Assembly: GCA_951406725.2 (NCBI GenBank)
Contig: OX597821.1
Location: forward strand, 72,850,001-72,914,000
Length of the DNA stretch: 64,000 bases
Source: Octopus vulgaris
Lineage: Eukaryota
Direction of reading: 5' to 3'
Shown here piece by piece: positions 41,756-55,190 of the stretch (the stretch's first letter is position 1; every line of letters starts with the position of its first letter). The notes under the pieces are model-generated. The model saw only the letters and a list, made by a program, of their open reading frames with translations, was not told the origin of the DNA and made no database searches. The translations under genes and the position numbers were made by a program.

Positions 41756-41909
41756 TGTCTATTAAGACTCTTGTCTCTCTTGTTTACACACAAGAGTAAA
41801 CAAGAGAGACAGAAACAAGGAAAATGCCACTTATATTTGAACACTATACAAATATTCCTTTAAAAAAACTTTTCTTTTAATTTTTCTAAATTTAATTATT
41901 TAATTGTTA

Positions 41910-41945
41910 CAGTTGAAAAGGTCTCAATGACTGAAACCGGTACTG
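41910..41945 (+). ncRNA. Minimal hammerhead, U3:A8 core variant
   Basis: cag-TTGAAAA-ggtc-tcaat-gact-GAAAC-cg-GTA-ctg; stem III palindrome ACCGGT. Confidence 0.75.
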
Positions 41946-41993
41946 AAATGTTCTTTCTAAAATTATTTTAGCATTTTCTATCATGACTTGTTT

Positions 41994-42043
<50 letters not shown>

Positions 42044-42129
42044 GCATATACATATACATATACATAAATTATACTATTTTATATAAAAATTGTTAACATT
42101 ATTAATACTCCGAAACAGGCTAGAATCGA

Positions 42130-43740
42130 AGAGCTCAAATTGAGCTAAGTTCCAATTTATAATTTGAATGGAGGCAATACGAACGGAAAACTAGAGGGAC
42201 ATGACATATCCAATAGAATATTCAGTATATATGTGTACTTTCTTCGATATTAATAAATCGAACAATTTCTTAGGCATATTACTAAGGCCAAATTTGAAAC
42301 ATATACAGTTTCATTTGCAATTACTTGGATATATTAAACCACGTGTCATGTACAACGAATAAGAAGACTTAATAGTTTTTTTGCTTGATGTGGTTAACCT
42401 ATATTCAAATATACCGCACGAATATGAAATAGAAGCGATATGTTTTTGGCATAATAAATGTCATCATGAGTTACCAAATCGCATATAGAAAGAATTTATT
42501 ACTGAAAGTTTTCAATTTATTCTGTAAAACAATGGTGACCAAGGTAGCCCCAACCTGTGCAAATTTAGTAATGAGATATCCAGGTAATGAAAAATCCAGG
42601 TAGAAATATTGAAACCATTTTCATAACTTCTTGAAGGAAAATAGGAAAAGATAGACGATTGTTTTATTCTATGGGAAGAAGTTTGGATTGGACTTTCTGA
42701 AATTTAAGACCCTCCTAAATAGTATTGACAAAAATATTCAGTTTACTAAGGAGTACAGTAAGCATGAATCGTCTTTAGATATTTTAATTATGAAAACAGA
42801 ATAAAATTCTTTTCTACTTTAGGCACAAGGCCCGAAATGTTTGGGGAGGGGGCAGTCGATTAGATCGACCCAGTACACAACTGGTACTTAATTTATCGAC
42901 CCCGAAAGGATGAAAGGCAAAGTCAACCTCAGCGGAAAAAACAATAAAATTGAGACAGATATATACTAGAAACCAACAGACTCAAGAAAATATTTACTCT
43001 TTACTTCATTCCACCTTAAAATACACGCGAGTGAATATCCCTTACAATCTCACTAAAATAAAATTCACTATTATATCAAACCTAAATACCTGAAATTAAA
43101 GATTCAATGAACTAAAAAATATTCTGTCTAAAAGGCATTATTCACCATCATTATTAATTAACAATGCCATTGAAATAATAGAAATTCCAGTGATTGAAGA
43201 GCTGTAAAAGCCAAGGCAAAAACAAATGTTTTACTGTACGAAATATTAATCCACAATCTTAAGAATATTTAGGTATTTAAAACCTGATCTGAAAATAAGG
43301 GAGATCTAAGAAACAAAATTAAAAGTAAAATGCATCAACCTTCATTAAAAAAGCGTTTAACAAGTGTCCAATTACATACCAACCTATAGTTTAAAAGATA
43401 CAGAATATCAAATTTTCAGAGTTCCGCCTCAAAATGAGCCAATGTTTGAATAAAAACTAATTCACTTGTCTTCCAGAAAACTTAATTTATATCATAACAT
43501 GCTACAGGTGTGACTAGTATTATATTGCACGGCAGTTCACCATCAACAAATACATCATTCGAACAGTGGAAAAATTCGAACTGGAAAAATTCGAACCATT
43601 GCACATTTGGATTGATGTGCAGGAAATTATTGAAACTTTTGTCTAATTCATTTATTGATATTTATAAAATATATTTCCCTACATATATTTGAATAGTTAA
43701 AGTACAAAAAAAAGTACACTCCCACTTAATTTGGGTCAAC
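42130..43740 (+). mobile_element. Decayed Neptune-type PLE (RT + GIY-YIG), interrupted by a SINE
   Basis: Fragments LDVVNLYSNIPHEY, TKVAPTCANLVM, IDDCFILW, LNSIDKNIQFT, ETDIY*KPTDS..YL.F.S.H and FTC...NLIYIITC.RC...YI; many stops and frameshifts. Confidence 0.8.
42807..42936 (-). mobile_element. 5'-truncated SINE A inserted in the Neptune PLE relic
   Basis: Core match; approximate TSD aaaaca(g)aataaaatt on both sides. Confidence 0.85.
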
Positions 43741-44204
43741 TAACATATGTAATATATCTCACTTGTTACCGAGTGAGTCTCCAACGAGTCTATGTTTAGT
43801 AGACACACTATACATTAAATGAAGTCTAGCAGCAATGAATATCTCCTGCAAGAAATGAAACCAGTTGGGAATTATACACTTTAGAATATATGATTATGTA
43901 TTTTTGGAATTAAATGCTTTGGAGTGTTAAATAATGTATTTTGAAATGATTGGAATGTAAAAATGAACTTTGGAATCTTAAAATGATTTGATTGTTGTAA
44001 TGTATTTTGGATATGATCTGATATTTCGGAATAAGTAATAATATATTTTGGAATAATTTGATTGTAATAAGACACTTTGGAATTGATTAACTGCAATATA
44101 AAAGGAATAACACATTTTCTTCTTTATGTTACTTTTCCATGTTCCAAACTTGGTGGAATATTTTGAATATTATCTGTTTATTCATCTGTCTGTCTGTTTC
44201 TCTC

Positions 44205-44281
<77 letters not shown>

Positions 44282-44305
44282 TATTTACGTATACATGCAT
44301 ATACA

Positions 44306-44349
<44 letters not shown>

Positions 44350-44537
44350 TAATGCTGCTGCTGCTGCTGCTGCTGATGATAATAATAATAATAATAATAA
44401 TAACAACAACAACAACAACAATAATAATTATTATTATTACACTAAAGCCTTCAAGGTGGTGCCCCAACACTGCAGCAGTTCAATAACTGAAAGAAGTAAA
44501 TATACAAAAAAATATACATGCTCACAGCTATATACAT

Positions 44538-44611
<74 letters not shown>

Positions 44612-44625
44612 CACACATATGTGTA

Positions 44626-44665
<40 letters not shown>

Positions 44666-44682
44666 AATACGCAAATTCACAC

Positions 44683-44777
<95 letters not shown>

Positions 44778-45469
44778 ATACATACATATACACACGCATA
44801 CATAGAGAACTCGATTATACAAATTGCACAATCTTCGCAACTTAATGACGATCCGAAATTCGGAATGAAACTAGCGAAGGGAAAAAGAGAAGATTTCAGC
44901 GTAGATGGAATCTAAAGAAAGTTAAGTGGAAGGAAAATGTGAAGAATAAACATTTTTATTGTTGGCTAAAACGGTTTTCTTTTCGATTCCTCATTATTTG
45001 CAGAATATGTATATAATTGGATATTGAGTGAATTTGTTATGGCGAATATATTTTGCTTTTCGGCAGTTTATTCCACATCGATGTTTTCTCATAACATTGA
45101 TAATTCTGTCTGAAATATATTTCTAATAAAATACTCCTATACACGAGTTTTATTAAATTGAATATTAATGCGAGGAATTTCTTTTGCTCGGTTCATTATT
45201 TAAAAAAGAATTCTCGTAGCAGTGAATTTCTTTGCGTTAGAACCTCTACAGGTGTCTAAAAGTGTGTACATATGTGCATCATAAAACCAAATACTCGGTT
45301 GAAACCGACCCCCCCACCTTGGATAGAAGATGTCGAAGCTTGTGGGACTTGGACTCACAACTGTAGACATTACAGAAGTTCTACCATTGGACCAAAGCAA
45401 TTCTTCGAATTTCTCTATTTTAGGAACTTTATTCTTACCGGCAAGAATTGTATATTGTCGAGTTTGTGT

Positions 45470-45508
<39 letters not shown>

Positions 45509-45750
45509 TGTGTTTGTGAGAGTGTGTGTGTGTGTGTGCGTGCGTGCGTGTAGTCTACTGATACGTTAAGGTAAGGTCAAGAAATACAGTACTCCAACTA
45601 GTTAAAGATGATATAATTTATTGTACATAGTCTGAAGAAACACAAGGTACATTATATAAACCTACCGAGCAACGTGTCTCCACAGCAAGAAACTATTTGT
45701 AGCTCTTTCTCTTTATACTGTGTACATTAAGTGGTATATATATATATATG

Positions 45751-45795
<45 letters not shown>

Positions 45796-45798
<3 letters not shown>

Positions 45799-45858
45799 GG
45801 TGCCCCAGCATGGCCACAGCTCATAGGCTGGAACTGGAATCAATCAATCAATCAATCA
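45796..45858 (+). mobile_element. Extremely 5'-truncated LINE tail
   Basis: ggcggtgccccagcatggccacagct...ggctg plus (AATC)n, matching the 61142-61200 tail. Confidence 0.7.
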
Positions 45859-45860
45859 TA

Positions 45861-45906
<46 letters not shown>

Positions 45907-45976
45907 TATATACCACATCTAAATCGGCAATTTTTTCCTTCCGCCTTCCTTTCTCTTGGACTTTCCTCTGTTTCCT

Positions 45977-46011
45977 GTTTCTGAAGAAGAGGTTTTCTCG
46001 AAACGTTAAAC
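45977..46011 (+). ncRNA. Minimal hammerhead-like motif with loopless stem III
   Basis: gttt-CTGAAGA-a-gag-gtttt-ctc-GAAAC-GTT-aaac. Confidence 0.65.
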
Positions 46012-46115
46012 CACCTTTCTTTCCTTCCCTGAGCGTCTGCTAATACTTTGAATGTACCACGTCCTTGTGCTATTGCTTTTTCTTGCGTTTGTTCTTCGTT
46101 TTTCTGGGATTTGCT

Positions 46116-46154
<39 letters not shown>

Positions 46155-46189
46155 CATATATATATATACATATATATATACATACATAC

Positions 46190-46253
<64 letters not shown>

Positions 46254-46507
46254 TATAAATATATAGAAATATATGTAAAAATGGCACGTAAACATATGTA
46301 CTTAAACGTCTTCATTGCAAATCTATATTCTATGTTGTACGCCATGCATTCCTGTTCAGTTATGCACCTGTTTGGTTTTGATTAGGTCTTCTGATAGAAC
46401 GCCAAATTTGATAGCCGAAAGTAGCGTCCTGGGATTATTTCGTAACTTTTCGAGGAGCCCAAACCTGTCTTTCTGATGATTGGTAGTTTCAGACAAGAAT
46501 TTATATA

Positions 46508-46724
46508 CGACGGAGTGCTGAAAAGTTCCTGGCTATAAGGTTATCGCAAAAGGCCTGGCTGGGGGCCCAACCTTCCAAGTTCTTTTACCAGGCTGAGAAA
46601 AACCGAAGGACCGCAGCAGTTAGTGCGTGAACCTGAGTGGAGAATATGCTGAATAAAATCATAATTAACTGATCCTCCTGTATTTTCTTTAGTCCAAAGC
46701 CAAGAACTTTTCAGCATTCCCTCG
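46508..46724 (+). mobile_element. Mariner-derived MITE
   Basis: About 27-bp TIRs cgacggagtgctgaaaagttcctggct / agccaagaacttttcagcattccctcg; TA on the left and TG on the right; internal remnant of a mariner C-terminus (CVNLSGEYAE*). Confidence 0.85.
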
Positions 46725-47576
46725 TGTTATTATTACTGGTTAAGCCCTTGCGCAAAATCCACATTCTTGAAGTAATGTTCCACTCGTGGCCATGTTAGCT
46801 TTTTGGGATACATTACGAAATGTCTCCAACCTTTATTAAACAGCCGTATCAAACATTTTAGATTTTATTGGGGCGTTCAACGAGTGAGAGGTGGTTTCGA
46901 TTCCAACTAGCTTTTAGTTACCTGTTCGTAAACAGTTTAGAATTATTCAGTCAGCTATTTAGGCATTTAGGAAAAACACCTGTAATTCAGCACTGACTAT
47001 AGAGTATGCACATCTAACTCACAAGTGAACCGTAAAACTAGGAATGTAGTGCAGCACATGAATTGTACGGGAAAGTGGTCTAAAAGACATAGTCACAAAC
47101 TATTTTGGAGAAACAGCCTGCAGTATAGGTGAAAAGATTGGCGAAAACTGGTGTGAATATATTCAAATAAAGCAAGCACCCATATCCAACCACGATGCCA
47201 AAAAAAAAAAAGCAAAATGGATCAATAAACAACGCTGAAATAACAATTCTTTCTCCACATTCAAAAGGTCCGACACAAGAGTGAAGAGAAAGAGAGGTAA
47301 GAGGATGAAATTAATTTGAGGGCAGTTATGTATTAAGGGCAGCCATTAAACGAGAATGCGCATAAATGCCAAACGAATGTTTCTTGATGTTTGCGATTCC
47401 ATTGCTTTGCATTATCAGCAGAATCTGGACCAGAAAGTTCATCAGCTTGAAAACAAGTGATTCATATCAAGAAAATACAATTCTGTCTGTAGATTCTATA
47501 AAATTTTGAAACGGAGATATATTTTAATAAACATTGACTTTATATAATCATTCTGTGTGCGTATTTTTGGGACAAC

Positions 47577-47660
<84 letters not shown>

Positions 47661-47672
47661 ATACATATATAC

Positions 47673-48665
47673 GATAATTCTAATTTAAATTCCAAACAAC
47701 GTATAGGAAATAGGCGAACTAATAGAATAGCACACAATAGTAACCCTCCCGACGAGAGCAATATAGATCCTATTAGAAGAAATAGAAGGGATAATAGTAG
47801 ATTACGCAAATATATATGGTTCAACATACCATACAACTTAGCAGTTAGGGGTAAATTATGTAAGAGAATATTCTCTATCATTTCCAACAACTTCCCACCC
47901 ACCCATAAGTATAGAAGTATCTTCTCCAACAAAACCATTAGGATTTCCTACTCTACCCTGCCCAACATGAGTTGCCTCATAGCTAAACATAACTATATTA
48001 ATATTAGAACGGCTAGATCAAGAGCAAGCTATAGCGACCAACCGAACCCCCCTCATCCAGATAGTAGACAATATAATCAGACTGGCAGCCATATTACCCA
48101 AACAGTTAGTAATAACACCCACCAACACAACAGAGGCAATACCACACCCATCAACAACCAGGAGGATATCAACGCCCCCACACGTAATGCAACACCTCCG
48201 CCTGGGATTAACAGCACACGACCGAGTAATGCAATGCACTGCAACTGCATATGTGCATCCGAGTGTCCGCTACAGGGCGCATGTAGGGCGAAAAACGTAA
48301 TATATTCATGTGAGGTGAGTACCCAGTTTAACACACTCACCTACATAGGTTGCTCAACCTCCTGGAAATCCAGATACTACAACCACCGGTCCTCGCTGAA
48401 ACACAAACATAAAGCTAACAGCACCTCCCTTTCTAAAAAAATTTGGGAATTAAAAGACAAATGCATACGCTTCAAACTCAGGTGGTCCACCATCGGATCA
48501 GCTGCACCTTATTTAAATAATAGAGCAGGATGCCAACTATGTTGTGTAGAACTCCTGAACATCTTGAAATTCAAAGACAAACACAATCTTATTAACAAAA
48601 GGTCAGAGTTCAAACCATCCTGTATACACAAACTTATTAATACTTTCAAATACTACAAAGCTTAG
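47673..48665 (+). CDS. Naiad-type PLE ORF, 5'-truncated (linker, Zn knuckle, GIY-YIG endonuclease)
   Basis: The frame is open from 47673, upstream of the called ATG: IWFNIPYN, FPPTHKYRSIF..KTIRISYSTLPN, CNCICASECPLQGAC, VIYSC...YIGC, RYYNH, CQLC..E, LINKRSE...CIH. No stops. Confidence 0.9.
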   Translation, partial: DNSNLNSKQRIGNRRTNRIAHNSNPPDESNIDPIRRNRRDNSRLRKYIWFNIPYNLAVRGKLCKRIFSIISNNFPPTHKYRSIFSNKTIRISYSTLPNMSCLIAKHNYINIRTARSRASYSDQPNPPHPDSRQYNQTGSHITQTVSNNTHQHNRGNTTPINNQEDINAPTRNATPPPGINSTRPSNAMHCNCICASECPLQGACRAKNVIYSCEVSTQFNTLTYIGCSTSWKSRYYNHRSSLKHKHKANSTSLSKKIWELKDKCIRFKLRWSTIGSAAPYLNNRAGCQLCCVELLNILKFKDKHNLINKRSEFKPSCIHKLINTFKYYKA

Positions 48666-50864
48666 GCTATTATACCAACTCCCCCATGCAATTTCCTCCC
48701 ACCCGGTGCAACCTGTCGGCTCCAGCGCATCCCGCTTTCCTATATGTGCGTGTATATGTGTATATATATATATGTATATATGTATATGCATATATGTGTA
48801 TGTATATGTATATATATGTATATATGTGTGTGCGTGTGTGTGTGTATGTGCATATATATTTCCCTGCATTTTCCTCCTATATATACACATTTTGTCTCCC
48901 ATATATGTTTTTTTTCCCTACATATTTCTTCTCCTACACCTATATTCTTCCTATCTAGTCTCTTTATTTCCCTATATCTATACCTTTTCACATTTCTAAC
49001 TCGGATGTTGAACGCACACCGCCAAACTCCACTTCCCACCCTTCCAATTTTCAATTCCCCCCGCCCGCCCCTACGTGGACACCTTTAGCACACACCTTTA
49101 ACTTTACACTTTCAACTACCTTTTATCTTTTCCTTCATCTCATGTTAAGCTTTACCAGATTATATTTTATTTTACTTTATCCTATTCTATTTTGCTTTAC
49201 CTTTATTCTCATTTTTATTTTCATTCCTTATTTTAATTCTGATAGTTCTTATAATTTTTATATTTTATTTCTAACTTTTATATTGTATTTCTTATTTTAT
49301 ATTTTATATTGTATTTCTTACTTGTATTTCTAATTTTTATTCTTACCCTCATTCTTACCCCTAACTTATCGCTTTATATCTCTATATATGTCTATTTTTT
49401 TGCTTATCCCTTATTTACTTATCTATGGATCCGCTTTATGATTATACGTGCGTCCGTGTACGTATGTATACGTACACATATGTGTACATATGTACGAGTA
49501 AACATCTACGTCTGGATGTGCATACTCCGTTACTCATCTCTAATAATTTTCTTTAATAATTTTTTAAAATTTCTTACGTATTTCTTTACATTTTTTTACA
49601 TGTTTCCGCAGATTTCTTATATGCATATGTTTACACATATTTGTATACATCTTTTAATATCTTATAGCTATACCTATACGCGCATATGTCTCTGTGTGTG
49701 TATGTAAGTGTATATGTGCACGCACATATGGACACACAGCCGTGTGTGCGTGCACGTGTAGACGTGAGTGCGTGATCCTTTACATGCGTTCTTATATACA
49801 TCCTTTAATATCTTATATCTAAACCTGGATGCGTGGGCATCTGGGTATGTGTATGTAAGGATGGACGTACGTATGTATATATGGGTGTGTGTATATGCGT
49901 ATGTATGTATAGGTATACATGTGCATATATGTATGCATGTGTGTATGTGTATGTGTATATGTGTATGTGCGTGTGTGTGTGTATATGTATTTGTATATAT
50001 ATATGTACACGTATAATGTCCGCGTATATATGCGCATACTCTGTTGTATGTATGTATATATGCGCATGTGTGTGGGTGTATATGTGTTTATGTACATGTT
50101 TACACGCGAGTACGTATGTATGTTTATATGCTTGGATCTGTGTATGCGCGCGTATATGTGCGCGTGTATATGGGTGTAGGTATCCATGCTGGTATGTATG
50201 TACAAGATGACCACTTAATTCAAGGAACTAGATTAACTACTCAACAGCTCTGATTTACAATACACTAGGTCCCCAGACGCCCCTGTTGATTTATTGACAC
50301 CCAAAGCTTCTACAACTAAATTTTGTCATTCTCCTGACCACCCTGTTTGGTCCGTAACCTCTATACATCCCTTATCTTTATACTTTTTTATATTTTTTTA
50401 CATTTTTATCATTTTTATTCCTATTTTTATTTTTTTACTTTTATTTCTATTTCTATTTTTACTTTATAACCTTATGCCTTTACATTCATTTATATTTTTT
50501 ATATTCTTTATATCCCCTTTATATCTCCTTATATCTCTTTATATCTTTATACTCTACATTTTTATATTTTTCTATACTTACACTTTTTATATATTTTTTA
50601 TCCTTCGTCCTGAATTCTCGCCCCTCCATCCTTACCCCTATTTACTCTTATTACCAGGTTCCTTCACGTCTATATATGTATTTATTTATTAATTTATTTA
50701 CATTACTTCAACATCCAAATTTCCTCATTCTACATTGAGAGAAGAAAGAGATGGACGCTTCAATTCTATGCTGTTGCCGCATTATGTCGTACGCGAATGA
50801 GAGGATTTGCATCCCCAACCAAGAATTTTTGATGTAACACATGTCCTTGTGGGAGCTGTTGTGC

Positions 50865-50942
50865 GCGGCTGAAGAAGGCCACAGACATACATTATGCATT
50901 GTTATAAATCTGTCTAATAAAGGCCTGAAACATATGTACCGC
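50865..50942 (+). ncRNA. Type I hammerhead ribozyme
   Basis: gcgg-CTGAAGA-aggcc...ggcct-GAAAC-atat-GTA-ccgc; all core nucleotides and three stems present, with palindromic stem III (ACATATGT). Confidence 0.9.
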
Positions 50943-50978
50943 TGAATCCTTGGCATCATGTTTTTATTTTGATCAATT

Positions 50979-51077
<99 letters not shown>

Positions 51078-51458
51078 GTGTGTGTCTGTGTGTTTGTGTG
51101 TGTGTATTTGTATATATACACATATATATATGTGTGTGTGTGTGTCTATACGTGGGCGTGCGTATGTATACGTACGATTGTTTTTATTTTCGAATATATA
51201 AATTATTCTATTACGTATTAAGAACAAATTGCTTTTGAGCTCTGCGCATAGGAATGGAGACATTTCATGTGAAATTTTGAAGAGTTGTATAAACAAAAAG
51301 GATATATATATATATATTCTCTTTTTACATACACACAGACCAAAGATATCAAACTTTAATACAAAGAGGCTACATTTAGATAAGCAGAACCCAAAAGCAA
51401 TGTTCTTCAAATGTATACGATAATTTATATCTTTGAAAACAAAAGCAATCGCACTTAC

Positions 51459-51543
<85 letters not shown>

Positions 51544-51747
51544 AACCACATATATACGTATATGCATGTATGCATATACATATATACATACTCACACACA
51601 CAATATTTATAGACACAAGTTTACATATTTAAACAATGTTAACGGAATAAGACGAATATTTATCAACACGTACTTATTAAAGTGAAGCACTTATAGATTC
51701 TTTCACCCTAAACGCAATTATTTTTCTGTGAGATAATCCTTTTTTTT

Positions 51748-51940
51748 CTGTTCTACTCTAGGCACAAGGCCTGAAAGTTTTGGGGAGGGGGCCCTGTCGA
51801 TTAGACCAATCCCAGTATGCAACTGGTAGTTAATTTATTGACCCCAAAAGGATGAAAGTCAAAGTCGACCTCGGCGGAATTTGAACTCAGAACGTAAAGA
51901 CAGACGAAACACCGCTAAGCATATCGCCAGCTCACCGCTT
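51748..51940 (-). mobile_element. SINE A
   Basis: Core and tail 2 match. Confidence 0.88.
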
Positions 51941-52024
51941 TTCTGTGAAAGATATTGTACAAAATAACAAAACTATAAACTTCATCAATATTACAACTAT
52001 ATAGAAACATACATAAATGTTTGT

Positions 52025-52242
52025 TTAGACACAAAGATGTAATTTGTTTGGTGGGGGAGGGGAAAAGCTTAATCGATTACATCGACCCTAGTACTTGATA
52101 GGTGCTTTATTTTGATCAGCTCCAGAAGGCTGAAAGGCGAAGTTGGCCTCGGCACGATTTGAAAGCAGAACGTCAAAGGCTGGAAAAAATGCTCAAAAAG
52201 GATTTTCTCCGACGCCATAATTCTTCTGCCAATCTATGCCTT
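52025..52242 (-). mobile_element. SINE A (old, diverged)
   Basis: tcgattacatcgaccctagtactt...tgaaaggcgaagttggcctcggc. Confidence 0.75.
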
Positions 52243-52319
52243 AATAACATTAATAATAGCCACCCCCGTCGATTTCGACATATGAGTGTTTGAAGGCGAG
52301 GATTTTGTTAAAAAAGTTT

Positions 52320-55190
52320 TAAAATAGAACAAGCTTCAACTATTTGCAATGGATACGCGAATGCACTAATAATTTCTGTCCAGGGATGGATTTTGCTATA
52401 AAGTCACAATGGGGACATTGAATGATTTTTCATTTTGCCTGGGATTGGATAACTGTGTCTGTTGATTGCAGGATATAATTCTTTTTTCTTCAAATCAAAT
52501 TATCTTGATGAATCCATGACACACTTTACGCCATGCAGATCGATCAAGGCAATAACTTTCCCAAGATGTCAAATTAAGCTGTAGAGATTTTAGTGATTGC
52601 CTCAATTTATCCTTATACATAAGGACAGGTCTTCCTTTACCGCGGTATCCCTCTACTTGTTGGTTATACAAAAGAAATACGATCATCTTTCATTCGAAGA
52701 ATATGTCCTACTCATCTGTACAGAACTATCAGCAGCATGTTTCTGATGCTGGAGGTATCATTTTTCTAAGATTTTGGCATTGGATATCTTGCCATTTTAT
52801 GTGGCATATGTTTCACAGACAACACACGTGGAAGGTTTTAAGTTTCTTCATATGTCTGTAGTAAGGAGTCCATACTTCTGCCCCATACATAAATGCTCAA
52901 AATACAAAATTCATACACACTCATTTTAGTTTTCACACTGACATCGCATTCATCCCACAAAGAATAGGCAAGCCTTCCAAAAGCGCTTGTAGCTTTAGCT
53001 ATTCTAACATTGATTTCGTCGTCAAGGGTACCCTTAAATTTTACTGTACTTCTAAGACCTGACCCATTTGAGTGGCTTCTTGTATATCAATGCGTTCGAG
53101 TCGTGAGTATGTCCTGCCACAGGCTTTGGTTGGAATAACCAACTTCAACCTTCTTGATGTTCGTAGTCAATCCAAATGCACGAGCAGCTGCCGCAACAAA
53201 CCTACCGACCGTTTCCTGAATTCCCTCAACTGCGTGAGAAATCATCAGAAAACAGAAAGTGACGCAGGATCTCTTCCTTGGTCTTTTCCTTTGATCTTCA
53301 GAAAATTTGCCCTTTCAGGTTTAACAGACCTTCTTCTTCTGTGCGAAACTGGAATTTTACACCTTTTATGGTAATCCCTGAAAGTATGTTGGAGCATCAT
53401 CGAGAAGAATACGGAAAACAGTACAGGGGCCAAACCTCATCCCCGTTTGGTTCCAGTGGCAGCAGAAGATGCCTCTGAACTACTAGATATCACTGTTGCC
53501 ATCATTCCTTTGTACAGGGATACTATTAACCTTACCATTTTATCAGTAAGTCTAGCTTTTGACGAAATTTTCCAGAGCACTTCACGATTCACTGTATCAA
53601 AAGCCTTGGTCAAGATGACAAAGACCATGTACAAGTCAGTATTTTGTTCACGTGCTTTCTCTTGAATTTGCCGAAGAGCAAAAATCATGTCAACTGTGCC
53701 TCTTCCAGCCTGAAATTCAAACTGGGATTCAGACATATGCTGTTTACTACATGCTTATTGATGCGGTTAAGAAACACCCACTCAAGAATTTTCCCGCTAT
53801 GCACAACAAAGTTATTTCCCCGTGATTATCACATACACTCTTCGTCCCCTTGTTTTTGTACAAGAGCATTATAGATGCATCTTTGAACTGTGGTGGTAAG
53901 AGATCCGGTTTCCCAGATTAAACAGATCGATTTGCGCAGCTTTCTTACATGGTGTGTACCACCATGCTTGTACACTTCCATGCAAATACCGTCTTGTCCA
54001 GGAGCTTTACCATTGCAAAGTTTTTTAATAGCCGTACTTATCTCTTTCAAGGAAGGATCTTCTTCAAGTTCCTCAGTCAGAGGCCTGTGAAGGATGTCAT
54101 CGATAACTTCAGGATTGGTGGTGGATTCTCGATTTAATTCCGATTTAAAGTGCTCAACCCATATTTTCAAAATTTCATCTTTGCTACTTAAGAATTTTGA
54201 CATGCCGTTAGAAAGAATGTTCCATATCACCTTTTTTTGGACACAGCTTTGAGATTGCCATACTGTGAGAGTTAGTAACCTGTTTTAATTCCAGGGCTTT
54301 TTTTGGCCATCAAATATTTTTTATCTCTCGCAATATTTTCTGAGTAGTTTTCTTAGAGGAAATGCAAAGAGATCTGAGTGATGGTGAGAGTTTGTCAAAG
54401 ATTGTGTCCTTTGTGCATAGTTTCTTGGAAAGGTTTGATTTGAAAATCATTCGAATCGAACCCAATCCTGATGCTGGCATTTGACGAATTCTAGAACTTC
54501 TTCAGCAGATGACTTGACGCTGTTACCAATATTATGCCACAAAACATCAGGATCATTGATTTCCTCGATGTTTCCAAGCTTTGAATTTAAATGCATTTAA
54601 AAATTCTTTGTCGTTTCCGGATTTTTTAAAGAAGACAATTATTCTCGGAGGTATACTGGATCTCAGTGGCCTCCTTGTATATGGTTTAACAAATACCTTG
54701 CTGCGAAACATTCTGCGACCCGAGTAACATTCGAGAGTTTTGTAAGATCCGGTTAATCTGAAATCACTGCAGTCTTTGCTCTTATGACATAGTTAAACAT
54801 GTATCAGTTACCAGATCGGGGATCTTCCGGGTCATTTTATATTTATCTTCCTGCTAAAACATTGTGTTTATGATTCTTAAGCCAGACTGCTGACTAAAAG
54901 ACTGTAAACCATTTTGCAGCCATCTTTCCCCTTCCAAGTTCTTCTATTATTTTTGACCAACTGGATGGTTGTTACCATTTATGGCATTAAAATCTCCCAT
55001 CAATGTGACTTCATGAGATAGAATTTTACTGACAACAATCTGTAATACGGAGTAGATGTGTTCTTGTTTGGATGTTGACAAAGAAGGCACATATGCACTG
55101 ATACTGTGCAATGACGAGAAATTACTTGCGGGGATATGGAAGGTCATGAGACGCTCATCAACAGATTGAAGGATGGAGGGGGATAGAGGG
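52320..55190 (-). mobile_element. RTE-clade LINE relic (APE endonuclease + RT)
   Basis: ERLMT..SAYVP..MGDFNA (APE); GKAPGQDGI..EVYKHGG; ESQ..F..GRGTVDMIFALRQIQEKAREQN..LYMVF..LTKAFDTVNRE; APVLFSVFFSMML; GRP..YKD.L...WE....DRSAWR. Confidence 0.92.

Larger units (their letters stand above)
47673..50978 (+). mobile_element. Naiad-type PLE: truncated ORF, long simple-repeat-rich 3' region and terminal hammerhead
   Basis: The ORF and a hammerhead at 50865-50942 are on the same strand, with (TA)n on both sides. Continuity of the 2.2-kb 3' region is inferred. Confidence 0.7.

Noticed and set aside
41140-41863. Ser/Thr/Ala-, Gly-, His- and Pro-rich ORFs in several frames
   Set aside because: Explained by a 15-bp minisatellite and CCA/CAA repeats; open in many frames with no domain or splice support.
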